64,000 bases of DNA from a virus, in the IMG/VR virus record IMGVR_UViG_3300035703_000060, positions 10,524 through 74,523 of that record. One strand, given 5' to 3'. The position numbers and the translations under genes were made by a program. The notes beneath the pieces were generated by a model. The model was not told the origin of the DNA, made no database searches, and was given only the letters and a program-made list of their open reading frames with translations. This document shows, one piece after another, positions 48,402 through 56,975 of the stretch; within the stretch, counting starts at the first letter, position 1; each line of letters opens with the position of its first letter.

Positions 48402-48911
48402 ATGCCTTATTCAAGAGAACAAAAAATTGAATATAATAAAAAATATCGTCAAAAAATGACGGAAGAACAAAAGGAAGCAAAGCGTCTTGCTGACAGAGAA
48501 TACTATCATAAAAATAAAGAAAAATGTAATGAACGTAATTTGCGTTATTATGAAAATCACAAAGAACGAATAAAAGAAAATGGAGCGAAAAACAACAAAA
48601 AAAGACGCCAAAATTTAAGAGAACAAGCAAAACAAAAACTTGGTGGAAAATGTGTGTGGTGTGAAACGACTGAAAATCTTGAATTTGACCATATAGACCC
48701 AGCACAAAAATCTTTAACTATCGGAAAACTTGATTGTTCTCTTGAACTATGGTGGAAGGAAGTTGAGAAGTGTCGTCTTCTTTGTAAAATCTGTCACAAA
48801 AAACATAGTGATGCTGAAATGGTAGCAAAACACCTCTATTGGATAAATCTTTCTTTTGATGAACGGCAAAAACTTATTCAGCAACAACTTGACCAGGAAG
48901 CACAATCCTGA
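48402..48911 (+). CDS. Free-standing HNH (zinc-binding) homing endonuclease
   Basis: Basic helical N-terminus, then 'LGGKCVWC...LEFDHIDP...KCRLLCKICHKKH'; probable start ATG 48402. Confidence 0.85.
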   Translation: MPYSREQKIEYNKKYRQKMTEEQKEAKRLADREYYHKNKEKCNERNLRYYENHKERIKENGAKNNKKRRQNLREQAKQKLGGKCVWCETTENLEFDHIDPAQKSLTIGKLDCSLELWWKEVEKCRLLCKICHKKHSDAEMVAKHLYWINLSFDERQKLIQQQLDQEAQS

Positions 48912-48917
48912 TATAAT
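48889..48917 (+). promoter_or_regulatory. Sigma70-type promoter
   Basis: TTGACC-17 nt-TATAAT with an extended TGn. Confidence 0.75.
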
Positions 48918-48967
48918 TGGGGAAGGTAAAAAATGTGCCTTTCCTTTGTTCTTTATTTTGAAAAAGT

Positions 48968-49486
48968 ATGTCCGAAAACTTTGAAAGCACTTACGAAAAC
49001 ACAATTCCAAAATCCAAAGACTATACAGTTCTTGGTGGATCAAGTTCTACTGATACAATTTCTTTTTCAGGATCTCGACTTTCTGGTGGAATTTATGATT
49101 CTTCTCAGGATTACTGGTATGAAGATGGTATCAGTTTGACTGGAAATCCTTATTCTGCACCCGATACAATTACTTTTAATTTGAATATGCCTGAAGACAC
49201 AAACAAAAACGGTTTCTGGAAGTATAACGAAGATAAAATCCTGAAACAACTTGAAGAGTATATTGCCAGCACTTATCGTCAGCATTATGTTGATCGAACT
49301 GGTGGTGGAAAGGAACAAACTCTCGATAAGATCAAACACAATCGCCGTGAAGGATTTTGCGCTGGTAACGTAACTAAGTATATTGATCGGTATGATACGA
49401 AAGGAACTCCTCGTGCGGATTTGTTCAAGGTTCTCCATTATACTATTCTTCTGATTAATCACCTCAATCTTATTGAAAACAAGTGA
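48968..49486 (+). CDS. DUF3310-like (T7 gp1.7 nucleotide kinase-like) protein
   Basis: C-terminal 'TYRQHY...GFCAGNVTKYIDRY..KG...DLFKVLHY'. Confidence 0.6.
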   Translation: MSENFESTYENTIPKSKDYTVLGGSSSTDTISFSGSRLSGGIYDSSQDYWYEDGISLTGNPYSAPDTITFNLNMPEDTNKNGFWKYNEDKILKQLEEYIASTYRQHYVDRTGGGKEQTLDKIKHNRREGFCAGNVTKYIDRYDTKGTPRADLFKVLHYTILLINHLNLIENK

Positions 49487-49503
49487 AACTTCAAAATAAA
49501 ACT

Positions 49504-50169
49504 ATGAAACTCTCTGAAAATACTCTCACAATCCTCAAGAATTTTGCGGGTATTAATAATTCAATTCTTGTGAAACAGGGAACTAAACTCCGTACAATTT
49601 CTGTAGCCAAGAACATTCTTGCTGAAGCGGAAATTACTGAGGATTTTCCACGTCAGTTTGCTCTTTATGATCTTAATCAATTTTTGAATGGATTGAGTCT
49701 CCATAAAGATCCTGACTTAGATTTTACCGACAATTCCTATATCACAATTCGTGAAGGTAAACGAAAGGTCAAGTATTTTTATGCAGATCCAAATGTAATT
49801 GTTTCTCCTCCAGAAAAGGAAATTCAACTTCCTTCTAAAGATGTATGTTTCCAACTGGATAGTGTTACTTTGGAAAAACTTCTTAAAGCATCAGCAGTTT
49901 ATCAACTCCCAGATCTTTCTGCTGTTGGTGAAGCAGGAGTTATTCGTCTTGTTGTTCGTGATAAAAAGAATGACACTTCGAATGAATACTCAATTACAGT
50001 TGGTGAAACTGATAAAGAGTTTGTCTTTAATTTCAAAGTTGAAAACATTAAAATCATTCCTGGTGCCTATGACGTGATTGTGTCAGAAAAATTACTGTCA
50101 CAGTTCACGAATTCTGCCTACAATCTGAAGTATTATATTGCTCTGGAACCTGATTCCTCTTTCAACTGA
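49504..50169 (+). CDS. gp45: Sliding clamp gp45
   Basis: 'MKLSENTLTILKNFAGINNSI', 'YDLNQFL', 'YYIALE'. Start is either ATG 49504 or GTG 49483. Confidence 0.95.
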   Translation: MKLSENTLTILKNFAGINNSILVKQGTKLRTISVAKNILAEAEITEDFPRQFALYDLNQFLNGLSLHKDPDLDFTDNSYITIREGKRKVKYFYADPNVIVSPPEKEIQLPSKDVCFQLDSVTLEKLLKASAVYQLPDLSAVGEAGVIRLVVRDKKNDTSNEYSITVGETDKEFVFNFKVENIKIIPGAYDVIVSEKLLSQFTNSAYNLKYYIALEPDSSFN

Positions 50170-50600
50170 TGCATTTTCTTCTTTATCTTTCTCCCGAAGG
50201 CACTGAAATCTACAATATGATTTCAAGAAAAGTTCGGGTAGTTGAAAACACCCCTATCTGTCGCAAGTATGACATTTTTGGGTGGTATCAGAACACAACC
50301 AAAACTATGGTTTTTTGTACTGATAAAATTGTTTCTAAAGGAAATCCCAAGTATTATGTAAATGAAACTCTCTTTCACGAAGCTGCTCATGTTGCTCAGG
50401 CATGTAGGCAAAATATGAAAGAAGTAAAACCATTTGGGATTTCTCCCACTAAAATGCATCTTTCTGATGTTAGAAAAAATGATTTGAAACTATCTTATTC
50501 TATTGGGGGTAATGAAGTTCTGTCCATTGAGCGAGAAGCATATTGGATGGAAGATAAACCAGATCAAGTTAAGTATGTACTTCAAAAGTATTGTTTTTGA
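50169..50600 (+). CDS. Small HEXXH zincin-like protein
   Basis: 'ETLFHEAAHVAQAC' and downstream 'EREAY'. Confidence 0.6.
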   Translation: MHFLLYLSPEGTEIYNMISRKVRVVENTPICRKYDIFGWYQNTTKTMVFCTDKIVSKGNPKYYVNETLFHEAAHVAQACRQNMKEVKPFGISPTKMHLSDVRKNDLKLSYSIGGNEVLSIEREAYWMEDKPDQVKYVLQKYCF

Positions 50601-50602
50601 TC

Positions 50603-51115
50603 ATGAACATTTTTGTGACGCATAAATTTCCGGCAGAAAGTGCAATTGTACTTCCTGACAAATTAGTGGTGAAAATGCCTTTAGAGGCGTGTCAAATGCT
50701 CTCTATCGTGGCATCGGGCAAGTGGGGACATGGATACGGTACTCTCCCCAAGGCAGATGGAACCCCGTACAAGACCGAAAAGGGGGCATTCCGCAATCAT
50801 CCCTGTACCAAGTGGGCGCTGGAAAGTATCCATAATGCTTACTGGTTGATCAAGCATGGTTTGAACTTGTGCGATGAGTACACTTTGAGGTATAATAAGG
50901 TTCATGCCTGCTATAAGACTCTTGTAGATGCTTATTACTTGTTTCCTAAAGGGAAGATTACTGAAGTAACATCATTTGCCCGTGCTATGCCCGATGAGTA
51001 TAAACTTGACACAAGCATTGACACTTTTACTGCTTACAAGATGTATATCGCATCCAAACCTTGGGTTGCATCTAATTATCTTCGTATGCCACAACGAAAA
51101 CCTGAATGGATCTAA
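50603..51115 (+). CDS. Pyrimidine-dimer DNA glycosylase (DenV)-like family protein
   Basis: 'MNIF...PDKLVVKMPLEACQMLS', 'NHPCTKW', 'EYTLRYNKVH', 'AMPDEYK'. Confidence 0.65.
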   Translation: MNIFVTHKFPAESAIVLPDKLVVKMPLEACQMLSIVASGKWGHGYGTLPKADGTPYKTEKGAFRNHPCTKWALESIHNAYWLIKHGLNLCDEYTLRYNKVHACYKTLVDAYYLFPKGKITEVTSFARAMPDEYKLDTSIDTFTAYKMYIASKPWVASNYLRMPQRKPEWI

Positions 51116-51118
51116 ATT

Positions 51119-51466
51119 ATGAACTCTATTTATTCTGAATGGAACCCTAAGTTAATGGAGGTTTTTTCTCCAAAAGAGTTAATTATTTTGGAAAATGTGA
51201 TGATGTATCTGCAGTACGAAAATAATATTGCATATCAAGACAGTATGTATGAAACTGCGCGAGATAGTGGGGAAGAATCTGAGTATCTTGATGTTATTCC
51301 TGGTGAAGATCGTGAAGTTCAAGAATATAAAGTCTTTAACGACATTTATAAAAAACTTATGATCATTCATGAGGTAAAATTTGAAGAACTTCCTGAAAAT
51401 TTAATGACTGAACCAAAATATTCATCAAATATGTCTAACCAGTTTCGTCAAGCAATTATGGGTTGA
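51119..51466 (+). CDS. Acidic hypothetical protein
   Basis: 115-aa ORF tightly packed between its neighbours; no motif recognised. Confidence 0.6.
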   Translation: MNSIYSEWNPKLMEVFSPKELIILENVMMYLQYENNIAYQDSMYETARDSGEESEYLDVIPGEDREVQEYKVFNDIYKKLMIIHEVKFEELPENLMTEPKYSSNMSNQFRQAIMG

Positions 51467-51468
51467 TT

Positions 51469-52413
51469 ATGACAAGTGAATTTCTTTATGTGGAAAAGTA
51501 TCGTCCTCAAGTGATTGAGGATTGTATTCTTCCTGATGATACTAAAAAAACGTTTAAGGAGTTTGTAGAGAAGGGTGAGATTCCAAATCTCCTTCTTGCT
51601 GGACCTCCTGGTATTGGTAAAACAACTATTGCTAAAGCATTATGTAATGAATTGGGGGCAGATTATTATGTCATCAACGGATCCGACGAAGGGCGTTTCC
51701 TGGATACTGTACGGAACCAAGCAAAGAACTTCGCTTCGACCGTTTCACTTACGGGATCTTCTAAACACAAAGTCATCATTATCGATGAGGCGGATAACAC
51801 AGGCAACGATGTACAACTCCTACTACGGGCGAATATTGAGGCATTTTATAACAACTGCCGATTCATCTTCACCTGTAATTACAAGAACAAGATTATTGAA
51901 CCTCTCCACTCCCGATGTGCAGTCATTGACTTCAACATTAAAGGAAAACAGAAGCAGCAACTGGCAGGAAGTTTCTTCAAAAGAGTTCTCCAAATCTTGG
52001 ATCAGGAAAAAATTGAGTATGATGAAAAAGTTGTTGTTGAACTAGTTACCAAACACTTTCCAGATTTTCGTAGGGTTCTTAACGAATGCCAAAGATACTC
52101 TACTGGGGGAAAAATTGACTCTGGCATTCTTGCATCTTTCTCTGACATTTCTGTAAATGAACTTATTAAAAATCTCAAGGATAAGAACTTTCCTGAAGTC
52201 CGAAAGTGGGTGGTCTCCAACTTGGACAACGATGCTTCTAGTTTACTTCGCAGGATTTATGACGCCTCTTATGATTGCCTTGTTCCCGCATCTATCCCTG
52301 CTGCCGTTCTTGTTATTGCTAAGTATCAATACCAATGTGCGTTCGTGGCTGATCAGGAAATTAACCTTCTAGCGGCATTAACTGAACTAATGTGTGAGGT
52401 TGAATTCAAATGA
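51469..52413 (+). CDS. gp44: Clamp loader large subunit gp44
   Basis: 'VEKYRP', 'GPPGIGKTT', 'IIIDEAD', 'PLHSRC', 'FPDFRR'. Confidence 0.97.
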   Translation: MTSEFLYVEKYRPQVIEDCILPDDTKKTFKEFVEKGEIPNLLLAGPPGIGKTTIAKALCNELGADYYVINGSDEGRFLDTVRNQAKNFASTVSLTGSSKHKVIIIDEADNTGNDVQLLLRANIEAFYNNCRFIFTCNYKNKIIEPLHSRCAVIDFNIKGKQKQQLAGSFFKRVLQILDQEKIEYDEKVVVELVTKHFPDFRRVLNECQRYSTGGKIDSGILASFSDISVNELIKNLKDKNFPEVRKWVVSNLDNDASSLLRRIYDASYDCLVPASIPAAVLVIAKYQYQCAFVADQEINLLAALTELMCEVEFK

Positions 52414-52616
52414 ATTTATATAAAGTTGATTATAAGTCTTTAAAAGAAGAACGTGTTAAGACTACTCCTGAAAATGTAAGGGAAGCAAACGAAGCGTTGT
52501 TTCGTGCTAAAATGACTCTTCCTGCTGCTGCAAAGCATTGTGGCATGACGCAGAAAGAAATGAAAATGACCTTTCTTGAGTATTTAAAGTACCATCCCAC
52601 TGATTATGAAGTCTAA
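52410..52616 (+). CDS. Small hypothetical protein, possibly HTH-like
   Basis: 'KTTPENVREAN..LF..KMTLPAAAKHCGMTQKEMK'; ATGA overlap with the gp44 stop. Confidence 0.7.
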   Translation: MNLYKVDYKSLKEERVKTTPENVREANEALFRAKMTLPAAAKHCGMTQKEMKMTFLEYLKYHPTDYEV

Positions 52617-53196
52617 TTTTTCTAAACTCCAACCAAAGCAAAAGGATCGTGTTGAAACTTACTGTAGAATTGCTTTTAATGCTCTAAAGGCAAATGTAGA
52701 CGAATGGTTTTCTAAGCGAAATTGTAAAGATACAACTCGTGCAATCACTCATTCATTTTATAACACAGTACATTCTCTTTCAATTCCTTCTGGATTAATT
52801 AGTGTTGAAGCAGTAGAAAAGAAAAAACAAGAACCTGAATGGGCTCTTTGTAAAGATCATTGTTATTCTCCACAATTTGTTGGTAGAATGATCATGGATA
52901 ACTCTGATAAGTATTTGAATGATTATGATCTTTATCGAGAATTGTTCATCATGGCATGTACAACTATCATCGTTACTCCAGAAGAAAACAGAAGTCTATC
53001 ATTTTTGACCTCTAATAGGAATAATGAGTTTAAAATATATGCCCATACTGATCAAAAATATCAACATTTAAATATTCAGTTGTTAGAAAAAGCAGAAGGT
53101 GCAAAGTGGTATAATAAAGATATGAAACCTGCCAGTAACTACATTGAAACACCAACTGAACTTATTGAATATGAAACCCAGTTCTTAATCGTATGA
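52606..53196 (+). CDS. Hypothetical protein, possible divergent His-Me finger
   Basis: 'CKDHCYSP...IIVTPEENRSL' loosely fits a DH...N beta-beta-alpha-Me pattern. Confidence 0.55.
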   Translation: MKSNFSKLQPKQKDRVETYCRIAFNALKANVDEWFSKRNCKDTTRAITHSFYNTVHSLSIPSGLISVEAVEKKKQEPEWALCKDHCYSPQFVGRMIMDNSDKYLNDYDLYRELFIMACTTIIVTPEENRSLSFLTSNRNNEFKIYAHTDQKYQHLNIQLLEKAEGAKWYNKDMKPASNYIETPTELIEYETQFLIV

Positions 53197-54257
53197 GTTT
53201 ATTATCCGAAAGTGATGCTATTTGGGCAGCAGATCAATTTATACAATATTATTCTAAGTTTAATCGCATTGATGATTATATGCGATTTGTAAAACAAAGT
53301 AGAATTGAAAATTCTTCTGGAAAATTATTTGGTCCTGAAGAGGAAATATTTTCTGACTTTTCAGTTGAACCAAATAGTATGTCTTTTACAATTCATGAGG
53401 TGGACACTAGTTCTAAACCAAAGACAAAGTATAATCAGGAATTGTATTCTGAAATTTTAAATATGACTGCTTCTAATGCAATTGAAGAAGCAATTCCTGG
53501 TAGAACAATTAAATGGATTGTTACCGAAGACTCAACTAATAAAGTAATTGGAGTTGTTCGGTTTGGATCCCCAACGATTAATTCAAAACCAAGAAATGAT
53601 TATTTTGGTGAAGTCGTTCCTTTATCAAAAATTAATCATGAGTTTGTAATGGGATTTAACATTGTTCCAGTACAACCATTTGGGTACAATTATCTTGGCG
53701 GAAAACTTCTTGCATTGTTGGCATCTTCTAATGAACTCAAAAGACAATTTGATGCAAAGTATGGAACTGATCTTCAATACTTTGAAACAACTTCATTATA
53801 CGGTACAACAAAAGGAGTATCTATGTATGATGGTCTTAAACCTTATATTAGACACATAGGAGATACTGAGAGTAATTTCCTTCCTCTATTTCATGATGAT
53901 TATTTTCGTGAAATGTTTTGGTGGTTTAACAATAATGCTAATGGTGGTGAAAGATTAATCTCTGCAGATAAGTCTTCAAAGAAATTGAAAATTCAAACTA
54001 AGATGATTTCAATCATCATAAAGTCTCTTCAAGATGCTTCAAAGCTACATGAATTTAAAAAATGTATTGAACATGCAAAAACTTTGACTGAAAAGAAGAG
54101 ATATTATATTTCAAAGTTTGGGTATGAACCTGAAGAGGTTATCGAATGGTGGAAACTCAAAGCAACACGAAGATATAATAAATTGATTCGAGACAACAAA
54201 CTTAGGAAAACTTTGGAATTATGGACTGCAAATTCCAATTTAGAAATTATTAGATAG
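53193..54257 (+). CDS. DUF4338 / DruA-like protein
   Basis: 'VIGVVRFGSP.INSKPRN', 'VPVQPFGYNYLGGKLLALL', 'ETTSLYG', 'SMYDGL'. Confidence 0.7.
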   Translation: MSLLSESDAIWAADQFIQYYSKFNRIDDYMRFVKQSRIENSSGKLFGPEEEIFSDFSVEPNSMSFTIHEVDTSSKPKTKYNQELYSEILNMTASNAIEEAIPGRTIKWIVTEDSTNKVIGVVRFGSPTINSKPRNDYFGEVVPLSKINHEFVMGFNIVPVQPFGYNYLGGKLLALLASSNELKRQFDAKYGTDLQYFETTSLYGTTKGVSMYDGLKPYIRHIGDTESNFLPLFHDDYFREMFWWFNNNANGGERLISADKSSKKLKIQTKMISIIIKSLQDASKLHEFKKCIEHAKTLTEKKRYYISKFGYEPEEVIEWWKLKATRRYNKLIRDNKLRKTLELWTANSNLEIIR

Positions 54258-54258
54258 T

Positions 54259-54639
54259 ATGGAACTAAAAGATTGGTTAAATTCAATTAATCAAACAAAG
54301 AAAAATTTGATTGATGAAGATCCTTCATTGGAAAAGGAATATTCCCCATATGTTGTTAATCGTTGTTTTTCTGGTCACATTGATTCTGTGATGTTTGCCA
54401 ATGAGATGAACAAATATCATTCTTTACCTAAAAAGTTACAGTATGACTTTTATATAAATAGTCTGAGGAAAAAGAAGAGATTTTCTCCCTGGCTCCGACA
54501 AGATAAAATCAAAGATCTTGATTATGTTAAACGTTACTATGGATATAGTAATGAAAAGGCAAAACAAGCTTTGAGGATTCTTACTAAAGAACAACTTACT
54601 TTTATAAAATCGAAATTTGAAACTGGAGGAACAAAATGA
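54259..54639 (+). CDS. gp62: Clamp loader small subunit gp62
   Basis: 'WLNSINQTK', 'ANEMN', 'YYGYSNEKAKQAL.IL'. Confidence 0.93.
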   Translation: MELKDWLNSINQTKKNLIDEDPSLEKEYSPYVVNRCFSGHIDSVMFANEMNKYHSLPKKLQYDFYINSLRKKKRFSPWLRQDKIKDLDYVKRYYGYSNEKAKQALRILTKEQLTFIKSKFETGGTK

Positions 54640-55076
54640 GTGTCGTTCAAGAACCTGAAGTGAAGTGGACGCCCGACCAAATGGTGGAAGTGATTCTCAA
54701 TGAACCTGATGACTTTTTGAAGGTTCGTGAGACTTTGACCCGTATCGGAGTTGCATCACGTAAGGAAAAGAAAATCTATCAGTCTTGCCATATTCTTCAC
54801 AAGCAAGGTAGATATTATCTCGTTCACTTTAAGGAACTGTTTGCCCTGGACGGTAAACATGCTAATCTGACTGTGAATGATGTTCAACGTCGCAATCGCA
54901 TTGCCCAACTTCTTGCAGATTGGGGTTTGATTACGATTGTTGATTTAACTAAAATTCAGGACATTGCACCTTTAAATCAAATCAAAGTCCTTGCATACAA
55001 GGATAAAGGTGATTGGATTCTTGAAACTAAGTATAACATTGGTTCTAAGAAAAAACGTATAGAGGAAGAGAGTTGA
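54636..55076 (+). CDS. regA: Translational repressor RegA
   Basis: 'DDFLKVRETLTRIGVAS', 'QSCHILHKQGRYYLVHFKELFALDG'. Confidence 0.97.
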   Translation: MSVVQEPEVKWTPDQMVEVILNEPDDFLKVRETLTRIGVASRKEKKIYQSCHILHKQGRYYLVHFKELFALDGKHANLTVNDVQRRNRIAQLLADWGLITIVDLTKIQDIAPLNQIKVLAYKDKGDWILETKYNIGSKKKRIEEES

Positions 55077-55102
55077 CAGAGGGGGTGGAGACCCCTTATA
55101 AT
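55073..55102 (+). promoter_or_regulatory. Sigma70-type promoter
   Basis: TTGACA-18 nt-TATAAT upstream of the 55177 ORF. Confidence 0.7.
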
Positions 55103-55176
55103 ACTCACATCGACCACAACCCATAAACACGGTCGATTTTTTACAATTTAGATTTAGTAAAACAGAGAAAACTAAA

Positions 55177-56322
55177 ATGTCATTTAAAGAATTAGTTCTT
55201 GTCTACAAATGTTATGAGAACAAAGTAGATGAGGGGACAAAAGAGTATTTGAAAGGTTTTGGGACCGTAGATAATGCTCCAGAGGGTCTTCCTATTATGG
55301 AAAATATAATTGAAAAGTACATCTCTGGAGAAATTTCTGAGGGATCTACGATTATATGTTCCGGTAGAGTTGGCGATCTCTGGAGTGATCCTACATACAA
55401 CCGTATCAATGAACTTCGTTATGTAAACCAAAAGAATCACATTGAGAGACGTGGTGGATATTCAAATGATGCTGCAGATACTTTATCTGCATACTGCCGC
55501 CCAGATGGTAGAGTTGTTTTGACCAAGGGTAATAATCGTGCATCCAAGCGATATGCCTGTGGGCGTAACGTTAATTCGAGAGTAGTCATCTCTTTAAAAC
55601 TTCACCGTAAAAATTCTCTCTATGAGGAGATGATTCGTATTGAATCTCTTGATCACAACACCGATTGTAACTATCGAACCAATCAAAGTGGTGATGATAA
55701 GTTCAAATCTGCATATTATGCAAATGAAGAATGGGCAGTAAATCTTTTTAAATATCTTGAACCTTTCAAAATTGGTATTGCAGGAACTCTTGATGGTGCT
55801 AAGTTTGAATGCCCTTCACATTCCTATCTCGATACAGCAATCCGTAAATCTGGAAAACAGTACACTTCTAAGTATCTTACTGCATTTACTAAGTGGGAGT
55901 GTGCTAAAGAAATTCAGGGAAATGCTACTGTAGCAGGTACTCTTTTCTTGAAAACCTTTTATCCTTATATCGATGATGTAGATAAAAAAAATAATATTGA
56001 TTCATTTTCTGAAATGATGAAGTGGTTTTTTACAGAGTATGGTGCTGCAGCACAAACATTTGATCCTGATGCACGAAATCTTCAGCAATCTGATATTGTT
56101 CAGGGAAATGGTGTATATAAGGGTAATGAACCTGCTGTTGCCCGTTTTGTTTTTCTTTATAATGACTTTTGTAGAATTAAGCGACTGAAGTTTAACGGTA
56201 GTCAAAAGACCGCTATTCCATTTGAAGGATCTGATAGTACTTCTTGGAACAAGTTTCTTGCAGATTCAAATCCTTTGTTGAAACCTGCATTGGGTGGACT
56301 TGCAACTACAAAGTTTTTCTGA
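55177..56322 (+). CDS. Hypothetical protein with a divergent ParB/Srx-like N-terminal region
   Basis: 'LWSDPTYNR...RPDGRVVLTKGNNR' parallels the ParB-like D..YQR...DG.HR pattern. Confidence 0.55.
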   Translation: MSFKELVLVYKCYENKVDEGTKEYLKGFGTVDNAPEGLPIMENIIEKYISGEISEGSTIICSGRVGDLWSDPTYNRINELRYVNQKNHIERRGGYSNDAADTLSAYCRPDGRVVLTKGNNRASKRYACGRNVNSRVVISLKLHRKNSLYEEMIRIESLDHNTDCNYRTNQSGDDKFKSAYYANEEWAVNLFKYLEPFKIGIAGTLDGAKFECPSHSYLDTAIRKSGKQYTSKYLTAFTKWECAKEIQGNATVAGTLFLKTFYPYIDDVDKKNNIDSFSEMMKWFFTEYGAAAQTFDPDARNLQQSDIVQGNGVYKGNEPAVARFVFLYNDFCRIKRLKFNGSQKTAIPFEGSDSTSWNKFLADSNPLLKPALGGLATTKFF

Positions 56323-56339
56323 TAACCGAATAAAAAAGT

Positions 56340-56363
56340 AGGGAGTTCAACACTCCCTTTTTT
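56340..56363 (+). terminator. Rho-independent terminator
   Basis: AGGGAGT-TCAAC-ACTCCCT followed by a T-run. Confidence 0.75.
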
Positions 56364-56371
56364 ATGCTTTC

Positions 56372-56432
56372 TGTTATAATTATATGTGGATGCCGTAAGG
56401 GTCCACACAATACAAACTCGCTTTTTAAGGAG
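56372..56432 (+). promoter_or_regulatory. hsp20 extended -10 promoter (TGtTATAAT) and structured 5' leader
   Basis: -10 at 56375-56380; GTAA-capped hairpin at 56385-56407; SD AAGGAG at 56427-56432. Confidence 0.65.
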
Positions 56433-56440
56433 ATACCATA

Positions 56441-56875
56441 ATGACTAACCTCATGCGTTATACCGCTGCGGATCTTCCTGCATTGATGGATAGGATTACA
56501 CGCAATAGTATTGGAATGGATGAATACTTTGATCGAATTTTTAATCTTCACGAAACAACTTCTAATTACCCACCATACAATCTTGTTCAAATCAGTAATG
56601 TAGAATTAAGATTAGAACTTGCACTTGCTGGATTTAAGAAGGAGGAAGTACATGTATACACAGAGTATGGAAAACTTTTTGTCGAAGGACAAAAAGAGGA
56701 TAAAGAGTCTGATACCCAATACATCCATAAGGGATTGGCTCAACGATCTTTCAAGAGATCATGGACATTATCTGACGACACAACAATCAAAGAGGTTACA
56801 TTTGAAGATGGACTATTGAATGTAACTCTTGGTAAGATTATTCCAGAACATCATGCTCGTAAAGATTATCTATAA
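56441..56875 (+). CDS. hsp20: Small heat shock protein Hsp20 (IbpA-like)
   Basis: 'NYPPYNL', 'LALAGF', 'HKGLAQRSF', 'FEDGLL'. Confidence 0.96.
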   Translation: MTNLMRYTAADLPALMDRITRNSIGMDEYFDRIFNLHETTSNYPPYNLVQISNVELRLELALAGFKKEEVHVYTEYGKLFVEGQKEDKESDTQYIHKGLAQRSFKRSWTLSDDTTIKEVTFEDGLLNVTLGKIIPEHHARKDYL

Positions 56876-56944
56876 ATATATTTGAATATCGTCGGCGCTT
56901 GGGAGGCAACTGGCAAAATCCAGTTGACACCTCCCCCTTTTTTT
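56871..56944 (+). ncRNA. Candidate late small RNA (about 60 nt): TATAAATA promoter, hairpin, poly-T
   Basis: TATAAATA at 56871-56878; no ORF; GGGAGG-CAACTGG/CCAGTTG-CCTCCC hairpin followed by a T-run. Confidence 0.4.
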
Positions 56945-56952
56945 GCTAAAAT
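56924..56952 (+). promoter_or_regulatory. Sigma70-type promoter for the gp43 operon
   Basis: TTGACA-17 nt-TAAAAT with TGn, overlapping the hairpin. Confidence 0.75.
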
Positions 56953-56975
56953 GAGATTAAGGAAATTATCTGAGC

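Noticed and set aside
53193-54257. Complete Druantia defence system
   Set aside because: Only a DruA-like gene is present; there is no DruE-type helicase or other partner nearby.
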